Source: an uncultured Gemmatimonadaceae bacterium
GTDB lineage: Bacteria > Gemmatimonadota > Gemmatimonadetes > Gemmatimonadales > Gemmatimonadaceae
NCBI GenBank assembly: GCA_963781585.1
Contig: CAWAGQ010000005.1
Location: forward strand, 320,001-384,000
Direction: 5' to 3'
DNA: 64,000 nucleotides
Shown here: positions 49,843-58,933 of the stretch, in pieces
How the letters are laid out: every line of letters starts with the position of its first letter
How positions within the stretch are numbered: the first letter of the stretch is position 1
The notes under the pieces: generated by a model
Databases searched by the model: none
What the model saw: only the letters and a program-made list of their open reading frames with translations
Told to the model about the DNA's origin: nothing
Position numbers and translations under genes: made by a program

Positions 49843-50939
49843 GCGCGCTGATCTTCGCGGCCCTGCTGCTCGCCACCTCGGCGTGGTTTCTCCTGCCACT
49901 GGCACCTGCGCTCAAGGAGCTCTTCCGACCGACCGATGCCGAGCCGCTGACCATGGTCGGGCAGGACTCCGGAGACCTGATGATCTTCGCGGAGGGGTTT
50001 CGCAACTATCTGCGGAACCAGGTTCCGGAGGTGGTTTCGACGGGTGTGATGACGTCCGCTGCGGCGGATCACCTTCCCGACGGAACGCCGTTTGTCCACG
50101 TAAACGGGCGTCCCGAGGTGCTGCTGGAGGCGGCCGACGCGCAGCGGTTCATCTCGCAGCTCGTTCTGGCGAGTGGGCCAGTACAACTGCCGGGCGGGGA
50201 GACGTTTCTCCTGGAACTATATGCCCATGACACGTTCACGGGCGGGCCGGGGGCGGTGTACCGCGCGATTCTCGGTGAAAGCGACGTGAGAATCGGCGAA
50301 GGGTCCACGGTCCTGCGCTGGGTACACGCCGAGCACGATCTCACGATTGGCGACGGGTCACACCTGTCGAGCCGCGCCAGCGCGGTTGGCGAGATGCGGC
50401 TCGGCGAAGGCGTTCGCTTTTCCCGAGTGCGCGCCACCCGCATCATCGTGGGCGCTGACACTCCCTTGCCTGCCGGAGTCCCCGAGCCGCTTCTGGCAGG
50501 CACCATGAAGATGCCCCGGAGCGCGCGACAGGAGCGCGGATTCATTCGCGTGGGTGGGGACCTTGCGATTCCTCCCGGTGAATCGGTTCTCGGGACGCTC
50601 GTCGTGCGCGGAACGCTACGACTTGGAGCGAATGCACGAATCAGCGGGAGCGCGAAAGTGCACGGCGCCTGTCACCTGGAAGCCGGCGCAATCGTGGATG
50701 GGAGTCTTGTCTGTCGCGGTGACATTCATCTCGCAAAGGGCTGTCGCGTGGTGGGTCCGGTGATTGCTGACGGCGACGTGTGGCTCGGCGAAGGATGTTC
50801 AGTTGGCGTGCCCGGCCATCCGGCGTCGGTGGCAGGAGCCGATGTCGTGTGCGGAAAGGGATCGCAGATCTACGGTGCCGTCACGGCGCGGGTGGACGGA
50901 CAGACCGCCGCGGCGGAACCCGTCGCAGACGCTCGCTGA
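49839..50939 (+). CDS. Membrane-anchored beta-helix (bactofilin/polymer-forming-like) protein
   Basis: N-terminal TM then repeats GDLAI, GTLRLGANARISG, GDIHLAKGCRVVG, GDVWLGEGCSVG; GTGA overlap with the GT2. Confidence 0.65.
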   Translation: MSALIFAALLLATSAWFLLPLAPALKELFRPTDAEPLTMVGQDSGDLMIFAEGFRNYLRNQVPEVVSTGVMTSAAADHLPDGTPFVHVNGRPEVLLEAADAQRFISQLVLASGPVQLPGGETFLLELYAHDTFTGGPGAVYRAILGESDVRIGEGSTVLRWVHAEHDLTIGDGSHLSSRASAVGEMRLGEGVRFSRVRATRIIVGADTPLPAGVPEPLLAGTMKMPRSARQERGFIRVGGDLAIPPGESVLGTLVVRGTLRLGANARISGSAKVHGACHLEAGAIVDGSLVCRGDIHLAKGCRVVGPVIADGDVWLGEGCSVGVPGHPASVAGADVVCGKGSQIYGAVTARVDGQTAAAEPVADAR

Positions 50940-51252
50940 ACCTCAGACCGCGCTGAAAACGCGCTCCGGCGCTTCCATCGTGCCCGGTCGGCCTTGCGAC
51001 GTGGGCAAGGCACGGCATGTGTCGACGCGCGATCGGCGCGGGATCGGTTCCGGATGATGGCAGGCGTTGGGTGAGCTCACGGCAGCGACATGTCCGAGTG
51101 GCATCCGTGCGGCAGTGGTTGTGTTGCGCGACCGCCACACGACGGCGTTCTCGATGGCGCGTGATCAGTCCCATTCCCAGGATCGCGATCTATCCTGTGG
51201 CAGGCTGGTGGTTGCGGAAGGCCACCGGATCATTTGATTTGTCCAATGCGAG

Positions 51253-51266
51253 GGCACAGGGATTGC
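51253..51266 (+). promoter_or_regulatory. sigma54 promoter of the PEP-CTERM gene
   Basis: GGCAC-AGGGA-TTGC, matching GGCAC-N5-TTGC. Confidence 0.7.
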
Positions 51267-51391
51267 GAGGTACGTCACCGGGTTCGTGTGGCGCACGTTG
51301 TCGTCGAAACTCGCGATGGTGTGAAGGTGCGCGGGCGTAGTTCGCGAACGGACGCCCTGATCGTGCAATCGGTACGATCACGATCCGGCAC

Positions 51392-52279
51392 ATGAGGTCT
51401 TCTTCCATGCTGACCAAGCGGAGTTACCGGGTTGCGCTGGGCGCGACGTTGGTTGCGTTGCCCATCGTCGCGAGCGCGCAGCGCGTCGTAACGAACGGCG
51501 GCCCGTGGGTTCCTGACACACGCGGCTCGTCGGTCTTTGGGCTCATTACCGGTGCGAATCCCCGCTATGGCAATGGGTCGCTCCAGTTGAGTGTGACGGG
51601 CCAGCTGACTGACTGGTCGTGGTTCAACCTGTTTTCGGGGGATCCGTATCTCACCCAGGGTTGGGGGCTGCTGTCCGATGTCAGCGCCGTGGGTTTCGAC
51701 TGGTACCGGGTAGGAATGCCGCCGGTAGGCGATGTGCCGTGGCAGGAACAGACACCGGCTCTTCGGCTCTACATCCGCAGCGGCGATCCGAGCTCCCCTG
51801 AGTTTTCCGAGCTTGTGTGGGAGCGCTATTACAACGTGGCGAGTCCGACTCCGACTGACCAATGGGTCGTTGAGAACCTGCTGGCGGATCAGGTGTTCTG
51901 GCGATTCGTAATCGGAGAGGGGTACACGATCGCGGACTGCAGCAACCCAGCCACGATCACTCCGGGGATACCGTTGAAGACGGCGACGCCTGCCGACTGG
52001 GGCAACGGATCGAACTGCTTCCCGTCGAACGCGGTGGTTTACGGGGTCGGCGTCGGGCTCGGGAGCAACTGGCCGTACCCGTACGAGGCGTTCGTGGACA
52101 ACGTCAGGCTCGGCTTCGCGGGGGACGAGAATCTGACGGTGTGGGACAACTTCGAGCTGGCGGACGCCAATACGGCGCCGGAGCCCGCGTCGCTGGTGCT
52201 CTTGACCAGCGGCCTGGTGGGCATGGGTGGTGGGGCGATGGCCCGGCGCCGTCGTCGCCGCGCGGACACGCGAGCGTAG
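51392..52279 (+). CDS. PEP-CTERM sorting domain protein
   Basis: Signal peptide ending ASA-Q; C-terminal APEPASLVLLTSGLVGMG...RRRRRR. Confidence 0.9.
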   Translation: MRSSSMLTKRSYRVALGATLVALPIVASAQRVVTNGGPWVPDTRGSSVFGLITGANPRYGNGSLQLSVTGQLTDWSWFNLFSGDPYLTQGWGLLSDVSAVGFDWYRVGMPPVGDVPWQEQTPALRLYIRSGDPSSPEFSELVWERYYNVASPTPTDQWVVENLLADQVFWRFVIGEGYTIADCSNPATITPGIPLKTATPADWGNGSNCFPSNAVVYGVGVGLGSNWPYPYEAFVDNVRLGFAGDENLTVWDNFELADANTAPEPASLVLLTSGLVGMGGGAMARRRRRRADTRA

Positions 52280-52738
52280 TTCCCGGTTCATACGCGGTTG
52301 CCGCCAACGGTCCGACGCGATGTGTGGGCCGAGCGGTTCGCGCCTAACGTTTCCAGAGCGCGAGACGGGCTGCGGCGCCAGGATCCCCGGAGATCCTGGC
52401 GCCGCAGCCCGTGAACGGCGACAGCCCTAGTCGCCAGCGTACAACGTAAGAAGATCCACGCATTTGCGCGAGTCCGCATTTGTGGAATCGCGCCCGGGCA
52501 TCTCGACCGTACGACGGTCAACCCGATGCCGTCCTCCAGTGTGGCGCCGACCAGCCGCACCCGCGATGACGCCGCCACCATGACCAAAGACCTCGGCAGG
52601 TGGCGATTCGGTCACCGTCTCAGGGCGACGGACGTCGGCGCCCGGGACGGTCTCTCCGGGCGGGACGGAAGTGAGTGCCCTCGCCGAGCACGCGCCTAAC
52701 GATGCCGGTGTCAGGCGGAGAGGCCCAGGTGCGTCCTG

Positions 52739-53998
52739 CTACATCTTCGGCTTGCCGTCCAGTTCTTCAATGGTCCGGTTCGAAGGCGGGCGCAGGCGCT
52801 GGAGCCGGGTGGCCACCGCCTCAGCAGCGGCGAGCACGCGGAGGATGTTCTCCCCGGCGAGCTTTCGCAGGTCTGCTTCGCTCCAGCCGCGGCGAGAGAG
52901 CTCGACGAGCACTGCGGGGAATCTGGAGACATCCTCCAGCCCGATGGGCAGGTTGTTATCGGTGCCGTCGAAGTCCGATCCGACGCCGACGTGATCGATG
53001 CCGGCGACCTGGCGCACGTGCTCGATGTGGTCCGCCACATCCTTGACGGTGGCACGCGGCGCCGGGTGGGCAGCGTCCCACTGGGTCATGGCGCGGCCCA
53101 CCGCGGCGGTGTCGTGGGGATTCCGGGCCTGCGCGTCGCGTTCCGCGTCGCTGCGGAGCCGGGCATGATCGGCCACCCGCTGTGAGACGAAGCCCGGCAC
53201 GAAGGTCACCATGACGATTCCGCCGTTCGCCGGGAGGCGCCTGAGGATCGAGTCCGGTACGTTACGGGGAACGTCAGTCAGGGCGCGCGCCGACGAATGC
53301 GAGAAGATGACAGGGGCTTCACTCACGTCGAGGGCGTCGCTCATGGTTCCAGGCGACACGTGCGAGAGGTCGACCAGCATCCCCAGTCGGTTCATCTCGC
53401 GCACGACTTCCCTGCCAAACGGTGTGAGGCCACCATGACGGGCGCTGTCCAGCGCGGCGTCCGCCCAGTCGAGCGTGACATTGTGGGTCAACGTCATGTA
53501 GCGAACGCCAAGGGCGTAGTAGGCACGCAGCGCGCCGAGGGAGTTCTCAATGGCGTGCCCTCCCTCCATGCCAAGGAGCGAGCCGATCCGGCCGGCGGCG
53601 TGTGCCCTGCGAACATCAGCGGCGGTGAGCGCGGGCTGGAAGACGTCCGGGTATCTGGCGATGACTCGTCGAGCCAGGTCAATCTGCTCGAGCTGCACCC
53701 TCGCGTACCCGGAGTCCCTGAACTCTCCAGGGATGTAGACGGACCAGAACTGACCGCCCACCATGCCCGCGCGGAGTCGGGGGATGTCGGTGTTTCCGGA
53801 GGTGTGCTGTCGCAGGTCGTAGGCGTCAACATCGCGGGGCGCCGCCTGGTTGTTCCGGATGTACCAGGGCAGGTCGTTGTGCCCGTCGACAAGGGGAACG
53901 GCGCGCAGCACGCGTCGGACCTTCTCGGCGTCTGCATCCTGAGCGGGCACGGGATGCGTGATGAGCAGCATCAGGAGGGCGCAGTACGAGGAATGCAT
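52739..53998 (-). CDS. Membrane dipeptidase (peptidase M19), exported
   Basis: DGHNDLP, GMEGGH, DLSH, FSHSS, GSDFDG. Confidence 0.93.
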   Translation of the reverse strand: MHSSYCALLMLLITHPVPAQDADAEKVRRVLRAVPLVDGHNDLPWYIRNNQAAPRDVDAYDLRQHTSGNTDIPRLRAGMVGGQFWSVYIPGEFRDSGYARVQLEQIDLARRVIARYPDVFQPALTAADVRRAHAAGRIGSLLGMEGGHAIENSLGALRAYYALGVRYMTLTHNVTLDWADAALDSARHGGLTPFGREVVREMNRLGMLVDLSHVSPGTMSDALDVSEAPVIFSHSSARALTDVPRNVPDSILRRLPANGGIVMVTFVPGFVSQRVADHARLRSDAERDAQARNPHDTAAVGRAMTQWDAAHPAPRATVKDVADHIEHVRQVAGIDHVGVGSDFDGTDNNLPIGLEDVSRFPAVLVELSRRGWSEADLRKLAGENILRVLAAAEAVATRLQRLRPPSNRTIEELDGKPKM

Positions 53999-54028
53999 GA
54001 TGAAACCAGAGGAGGAGTTGAGTCCTGT

Positions 54029-54505
54029 TTACTGCACCAGGCTCACCTTGACCGCGAAGGCAACAGAATTGACGCCTTGCGCAACCATGGTGGCCGAAAT
54101 GAAATAGTCGCCCGCCGGAAGGCGCTGCGCCGATCCGGGCGGGTCAAAGTCGGAGCCGCCCTGCCAGATGAACTGTTGCTCCACCGTGCCGTTGCTGGGC
54201 AGCACCATCTGCGACGGTATCGGAACGCAGTCATACCGGCCACCCGGCGGCACCACGGTCTGCGAGGTCGTGTTGCGAATGAACACCTTGATCTGGCACG
54301 AGGTGGGGAAGAGGATGCGAACCTGGTCGGCGGTGGGATTCGTCGCGCTCACGGTGATCGTGTCCGTCTCACCCGGTGCGAGCTGACTCGAGCTCACCCG
54401 GATCTGCAGCCCGAAGGTCTGTTCCGGCGCTTTCGGAACCGTGCTTTCCTGCACGCACGCCGCCGAGACGACGAGAAGAGCTGGGATGAACGGACGTCGC
54501 AACAT
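54029..54505 (-). CDS. Lipoprotein with a BsuPI-like (proteinase inhibitor) Ig-type domain
   Basis: Lipobox VSAAC; TNPT..VRILFPTSCQ, FIWQG, LPAGDY. Confidence 0.55.
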   Translation of the reverse strand: MLRRPFIPALLVVSAACVQESTVPKAPEQTFGLQIRVSSSQLAPGETDTITVSATNPTADQVRILFPTSCQIKVFIRNTTSQTVVPPGGRYDCVPIPSQMVLPSNGTVEQQFIWQGGSDFDPPGSAQRLPAGDYFISATMVAQGVNSVAFAVKVSLVQ

Positions 54506-54685
54506 GCTTCCATAGTATGGCGGATTGAAACGACGCGACACCCATGCTGGAGCTGCACAGGTGAAGTCGTCCCTTGCAACTCCGCGCCATCAGGGGAAGT
54601 TCCGCCGGATGGCAGAGGAGGATTCCATGCGTCCCTCGCTCCCAGCGATGAGCGCCGCAGGCCGGGTCGGTGAGGCCGGCCAGGC

Positions 54686-55501
54686 GTGAACACTGATCGG
54701 GAGGGGTCCGCCCACGGCGCATCGGCGCCCCAGCGGGAGATTCGGCGTCTCTCACACGACAGCACCAATCGCAGGATGTTCGAGCTGGCGCGTCCGTTCC
54801 TCGTCGCCGGGGCGCGGGCGCTCGACCTCGGCGCCGGTGAAGGGTACTTCTCGCAGCTGGTTGGCGAGCACTTGCGTCATGTCGCCGGCATCGATCCTTC
54901 GGCAGTGCTTTCGGCATGTGACGCGGTGCCGGAGCAGTTCCGGTATCCCGACGTGACGTGCAACGGAATCGGCGACGCCGGCGAGCTTCCCTACGCGGAC
55001 GAGGAGTTCGATCTGGTCCTCAGCCTCGAAGTGATCGAGCATGTGGAGGATCAGTTCTCGTTCCTTCGCGAGGCACGGCGCGTGCTCAAACCTGGCGGCA
55101 CGCTGGTCGTGAGCACGCCGAACGTGCTCAACATGAATTCGCGGTGGCGGTTCCTCCATTCGGGGTTCGCACAGCTGTTCGATCCACTGCCGCTGGACGA
55201 ACGAGACATCGTGCATACGTCCGGTCACATTCATCCGGTATCGTACTACTACCTGGCGTACGCCCTGCGAGCGACCGGATTTCGCGGCATTGCGGTGACC
55301 TACGATCACTTCAAGCGATCAGCGATTGCCCAGCTGGTGCTGCTGGCGCCGCTGATCGGACTCGGACGGCTGGGGTTCCGGTTGCGCATGCATCGCAAGC
55401 GGCCCAGGGAGATGGAGCAGAACCACGACTTCGTGAAGGCGATGGACTCATTCGCCATGCTGACGTCGCGGAGCATCATCGTGTCGGCGCGTCGGGACTG
55501 A
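54686..55501 (+). CDS. Class I SAM-dependent methyltransferase
   Basis: LDLGAGEG, FDLVLSLEVIEH, RVLKPGG, STPN. Confidence 0.9.
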   Translation: MNTDREGSAHGASAPQREIRRLSHDSTNRRMFELARPFLVAGARALDLGAGEGYFSQLVGEHLRHVAGIDPSAVLSACDAVPEQFRYPDVTCNGIGDAGELPYADEEFDLVLSLEVIEHVEDQFSFLREARRVLKPGGTLVVSTPNVLNMNSRWRFLHSGFAQLFDPLPLDERDIVHTSGHIHPVSYYYLAYALRATGFRGIAVTYDHFKRSAIAQLVLLAPLIGLGRLGFRLRMHRKRPREMEQNHDFVKAMDSFAMLTSRSIIVSARRD

Positions 55502-55528
55502 TATGATTGCCGCTCCCCATTCCGCCTC

Positions 55529-56410
55529 ATGCCCGAGCTGCCCGACATCACCGTCTATCTGGAAGCCCTCTCTGCGCGCATCCTGGGCGCGCGGCTGCAA
55601 GGGATCCGGGTGGTTCGCCCCTTTGTGCTGCGGTCCGTGGATCCGCCGCTCAGCCGGGTTTCGGGATGCCGAGTAGAGGGGCTGCGCCGCCTGGGAAAGC
55701 GCATCGTGGTGGTACTGGAGGACGATCTCTTTCTGGTCATCCACCTGATGATCGCCGGCCGACTGCGATGGCGTCCGTCGGGCAAGGCGATTCCGCCGTC
55801 ACTGGTGCTCGCCTACTTCGATTTTCCGGACGGCACGCTCGTACTGACGGAGGCAGGGAAGAAACGCCGTGCGTCACTCCACGTGGTGAGTGGGGAGACA
55901 TCCCTGCGCCAATTCGATCGCGGCGGCCTGGAAGTCCTCGATGCCTCTGTGGCGGCGTTCGGCGCGCGACTCCGGAGCGAGAACCACACGGTAAAGCGGT
56001 CGCTGACCGATCCGCGGCTCTTCAGCGGCATCGGCAACGCGTACTCGGACGAGATTCTGCATCGAGCGCGTCTCTCGCCGCTGGTGCTCACGTCTCGACT
56101 CACGGATGACGAGATCGCGCGCCTGCATGCCGCCACGCAGCGGGTGCTGGAAGAGTGGACGGCACGACTGCGCGACGAAACAGGCTCCGGTTTCCCGGAG
56201 CAGGTGACCGCCTTTCGCGACGGGATGGCGGTACATGGTCGTTTCGGCAAGCCGTGTCCGGAGTGCGGCGCGCCCGTGCAGCGGATTCGCTACGCCGATA
56301 ACGAGACGAACTACTGCGCACGGTGCCAGACCGGCGGGCGCCTCCTGGCCGACCGCGGACTTTCGCGCTTGCTGCGAGAGGACTGGCCGAGGTCGATAGA
56401 CGAACTGTAA
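55529..56410 (+). CDS. Fpg/Nei family DNA glycosylase
   Basis: MPELPD, RLGK, HLMIAG, GIGNAYSDEIL, CPECG...CARCQ zinc finger. Confidence 0.93.
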   Translation: MPELPDITVYLEALSARILGARLQGIRVVRPFVLRSVDPPLSRVSGCRVEGLRRLGKRIVVVLEDDLFLVIHLMIAGRLRWRPSGKAIPPSLVLAYFDFPDGTLVLTEAGKKRRASLHVVSGETSLRQFDRGGLEVLDASVAAFGARLRSENHTVKRSLTDPRLFSGIGNAYSDEILHRARLSPLVLTSRLTDDEIARLHAATQRVLEEWTARLRDETGSGFPEQVTAFRDGMAVHGRFGKPCPECGAPVQRIRYADNETNYCARCQTGGRLLADRGLSRLLREDWPRSIDEL

Positions 56411-56449
56411 GTGCGCCGGCGCGTTGGCACGCCGCCGCGACCACGGCGT

Positions 56450-58141
56450 TCACTCCCTGTTCAACATCGAATCACGTTTTGCCTTGAACTCCGTTCCGGG
56501 CTTCCATTCCGGCCGGGTGGTGCCTTGCGCGACCCGATACCCCACTTCGAACAGCAATCGCGCGTCGTCAACAGCACCGCTCAGGTCCCAGTCCGGTTTC
56601 ACCTCGTCGCTTGGCTTGTGGTAGTCGTTGGCGGTGTATTCATCGCGCTTCGTCCTGCCATAGTTGGCCGGCTTCCCGATGTACTCGATTCCGGCATCGG
56701 TGTAGAGCGCGGGGACGCCCTGCTTCGCGAACTCGAAGTGATCCGACCGATAGAAGTAGCCCTTTTCGGGCTCGGGATCGGCAGAGAGGGAACGGTGCTG
56801 GGCGTCAGCGGCGGCGCGGAGGTCGTCGTCCAGGGTGGAGTTGCCGAGTCCGATCACGACGATGTCGGAGGTGCGTCCCCACTGGTTGACGCCGTCCATG
56901 TTGATGTCGGCGAGCGTGCGATTGAGCGGATAGAGTGGATGCTGTGCGTAGTACTTCGAGCCCAGCAATCCCTTTTCCTCACCGGTCACGGCGAGGAACA
57001 GAATGGAGCATTTCGGAGCCGTGGGGAGGGCGGTGTAGGCCTTGGCGATCTGGAGCAGAGTGGCGATGCCCGACGCGTTGTCGATGGCGCCGTTGTAGAT
57101 CTGATCGCTCCTGAGCGAACTGTCCCTGCCGAGATGATCCCAGTGCGCGGTGTAGATCACGTACTGGTCCTTCAGCGCCGGATCGGAGCCGTCGAGCTTC
57201 GCGATCACGTTCCTGGACTGGATCCGGCGCACCTTGTTCCGGGTGTGAAACGTCGCCGTCCCGAACAGCGACAGTGGAACAAAGCTCTTGTCGCGTGCCG
57301 CGAGCTTGACGGCGCCGAAATCGCGACCGGCTGCCGTGAAGAGCTCCCTGGCCTTGTCGGCGGTGATCCAGGCTTCGACGAGGACGCGGCTGTCGGCGCC
57401 ACCATCGATGTCGAAGTTCTCTCGCGACCAGCTTCCTCTGACGACCTCGTACGGATATCCGGCGGGGCCGGTCTCGTGGACGATAATGGCGGCGGCGGCG
57501 CCATGACGGCTCGCTTCCTCGTACTTGTACGTCCAGCGTCCGTAGTACGTCATCGCCCGGCCCTTGAACATGGTGGAGTCGAGCGACGACGAATCGTTAG
57601 GATCGGGAATGGGCGGGTCATTGACCAGGATCACGACCGTTTTCCCCCTGACATCCGCGTCCTTGTAGTCGTCCCAGCCATACTCGGGAGCGACGACGCC
57701 ATATCCGACGAACACGAGATCGGAGTTGACGACGTCCACCTGGGACTGGTCATGCCGCGAGACCGCGACGAAGTCGTCGGGAAAGGACGCACCGACCTTG
57801 TAGCCGCGAAAGTCGAACGAGGCCGTGGGCGTGCTGGCGAAGCCGATCATCGCCACGTTCTGCGTGAACGTGCCGTCGGGGTTCCCGGGACGAAGGCCAA
57901 GGGCCTGGAACTGCCTGGTGAGATAGGCGACGCTGCTATCCTCGCCGGGGGTGCCTGGGGCGCGTCCCTGGTAGCTGTCCGACGCGAGCACCCGGATATG
58001 GGCAAGCAGCCCGTCCGCGGAAATGCTGTCGAATCCCGGCTGCAGAAGGTCGCGACTTACTGCGGAGCGCTCGCAGGCTGAGAGTGCCGCTGTCAGTACG
58101 ACGAGGGCCATGAAGCGGGATGGAGTATGCATGGCGGACAT
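56450..58141 (-). CDS. M28 family metallopeptidase with PA domain (lipoprotein)
   Basis: LSAC lipobox, [35 protein letters not shown]. Confidence 0.92.
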   Translation of the reverse strand: MSAMHTPSRFMALVVLTAALSACERSAVSRDLLQPGFDSISADGLLAHIRVLASDSYQGRAPGTPGEDSSVAYLTRQFQALGLRPGNPDGTFTQNVAMIGFASTPTASFDFRGYKVGASFPDDFVAVSRHDQSQVDVVNSDLVFVGYGVVAPEYGWDDYKDADVRGKTVVILVNDPPIPDPNDSSSLDSTMFKGRAMTYYGRWTYKYEEASRHGAAAAIIVHETGPAGYPYEVVRGSWSRENFDIDGGADSRVLVEAWITADKARELFTAAGRDFGAVKLAARDKSFVPLSLFGTATFHTRNKVRRIQSRNVIAKLDGSDPALKDQYVIYTAHWDHLGRDSSLRSDQIYNGAIDNASGIATLLQIAKAYTALPTAPKCSILFLAVTGEEKGLLGSKYYAQHPLYPLNRTLADINMDGVNQWGRTSDIVVIGLGNSTLDDDLRAAADAQHRSLSADPEPEKGYFYRSDHFEFAKQGVPALYTDAGIEYIGKPANYGRTKRDEYTANDYHKPSDEVKPDWDLSGAVDDARLLFEVGYRVAQGTTRPEWKPGTEFKAKRDSMLNRE

Positions 58142-58394
58142 ATGGAACGAGAGGCGTGATGGATTGCGTAGCCCGGAGAAGGGCACGGCGCATCGTTTCC
58201 GCAAACCGCGGGGATGGCGTGAAGGCACGGGCGCACCCTGACGCGCTGCCCCGGGTTGGCCCGAGAACGCGTCCCCCATACTGGTATTGCGTGTCCCGTG
58301 CGGAGACAAGCCGGGACGGTGCCCGGCTGGCCGCGGCGGCTACATTTCGGGCGACTGCCGGTGTGCAACACCACCACGAACGGGATCAACACTC

Positions 58395-58844
58395 ATGTAT
58401 CAAGTCGTTCTCGGGCTGCATAACCTGATGCGCTGGGTGGTGATCATTACCGGCGGCTGGGCGGTGGCGGTCGCCTGGCGAGGGTGGTTGCGGCGTTCGA
58501 CGTGGTCCGCCGGGGAGTCGCGGGCGGCGCGGGTGTTCGTGAGTGCGCTGGATCTGCAACTGCTCCTGGGGCTGCTCCTGTACGCGGTGTTGAGTCCGTT
58601 GACGCGGCGCGGTTTTGCCGATTTCGGTGCGGCGATGCGAGACGCCGGCGTTCGGTACTTCCTGGTGGAGCACGTTGCCATCATGCTGCTGGCCATCGTC
58701 GTAGCCCACATGGGCGTGGCGAGAGTGAAGCGGGCCGAGGGTGACGCCGCGAAATTCCAGACGGCGGCGATCTGGCTCGGCATCGCGCTCGCCGCGATCG
58801 TGGGGTTCGTGCCCTGGGCTCGGCCGCTCCTGCCGACCTTCTGA
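58395..58844 (+). CDS. Four-TM membrane protein with His residues (cytochrome b-like hypothetical)
   Basis: LHNLMRW, DLQLLLGLLLY, FLVEHVAIM, VPW. Confidence 0.65.
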   Translation: MYQVVLGLHNLMRWVVIITGGWAVAVAWRGWLRRSTWSAGESRAARVFVSALDLQLLLGLLLYAVLSPLTRRGFADFGAAMRDAGVRYFLVEHVAIMLLAIVVAHMGVARVKRAEGDAAKFQTAAIWLGIALAAIVGFVPWARPLLPTF

Positions 58845-58933
58845 GGGCCACCGGGGAAGCTGGGGCTCGCGGGCCCCGGCGCGGGGACAGAACGTCTGAC
58901 CGCGAGGCAGCCCGGGTTGGGTATCTTTCGGGC

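Noticed and set aside
52280..52738. Integron attC sites or a hidden gene (GCGCCTAACG occurs twice)
   Set aside because: No matching GTTRRRY core or integrase, and the short ORFs have no recognisable features.
56411..58081. Long antisense ORFs (556 aa here; also 13915-15387, 53297-54673, 62430-63833)
   Set aside because: Shadows of well-supported genes on the opposite strand, expected at this GC content.
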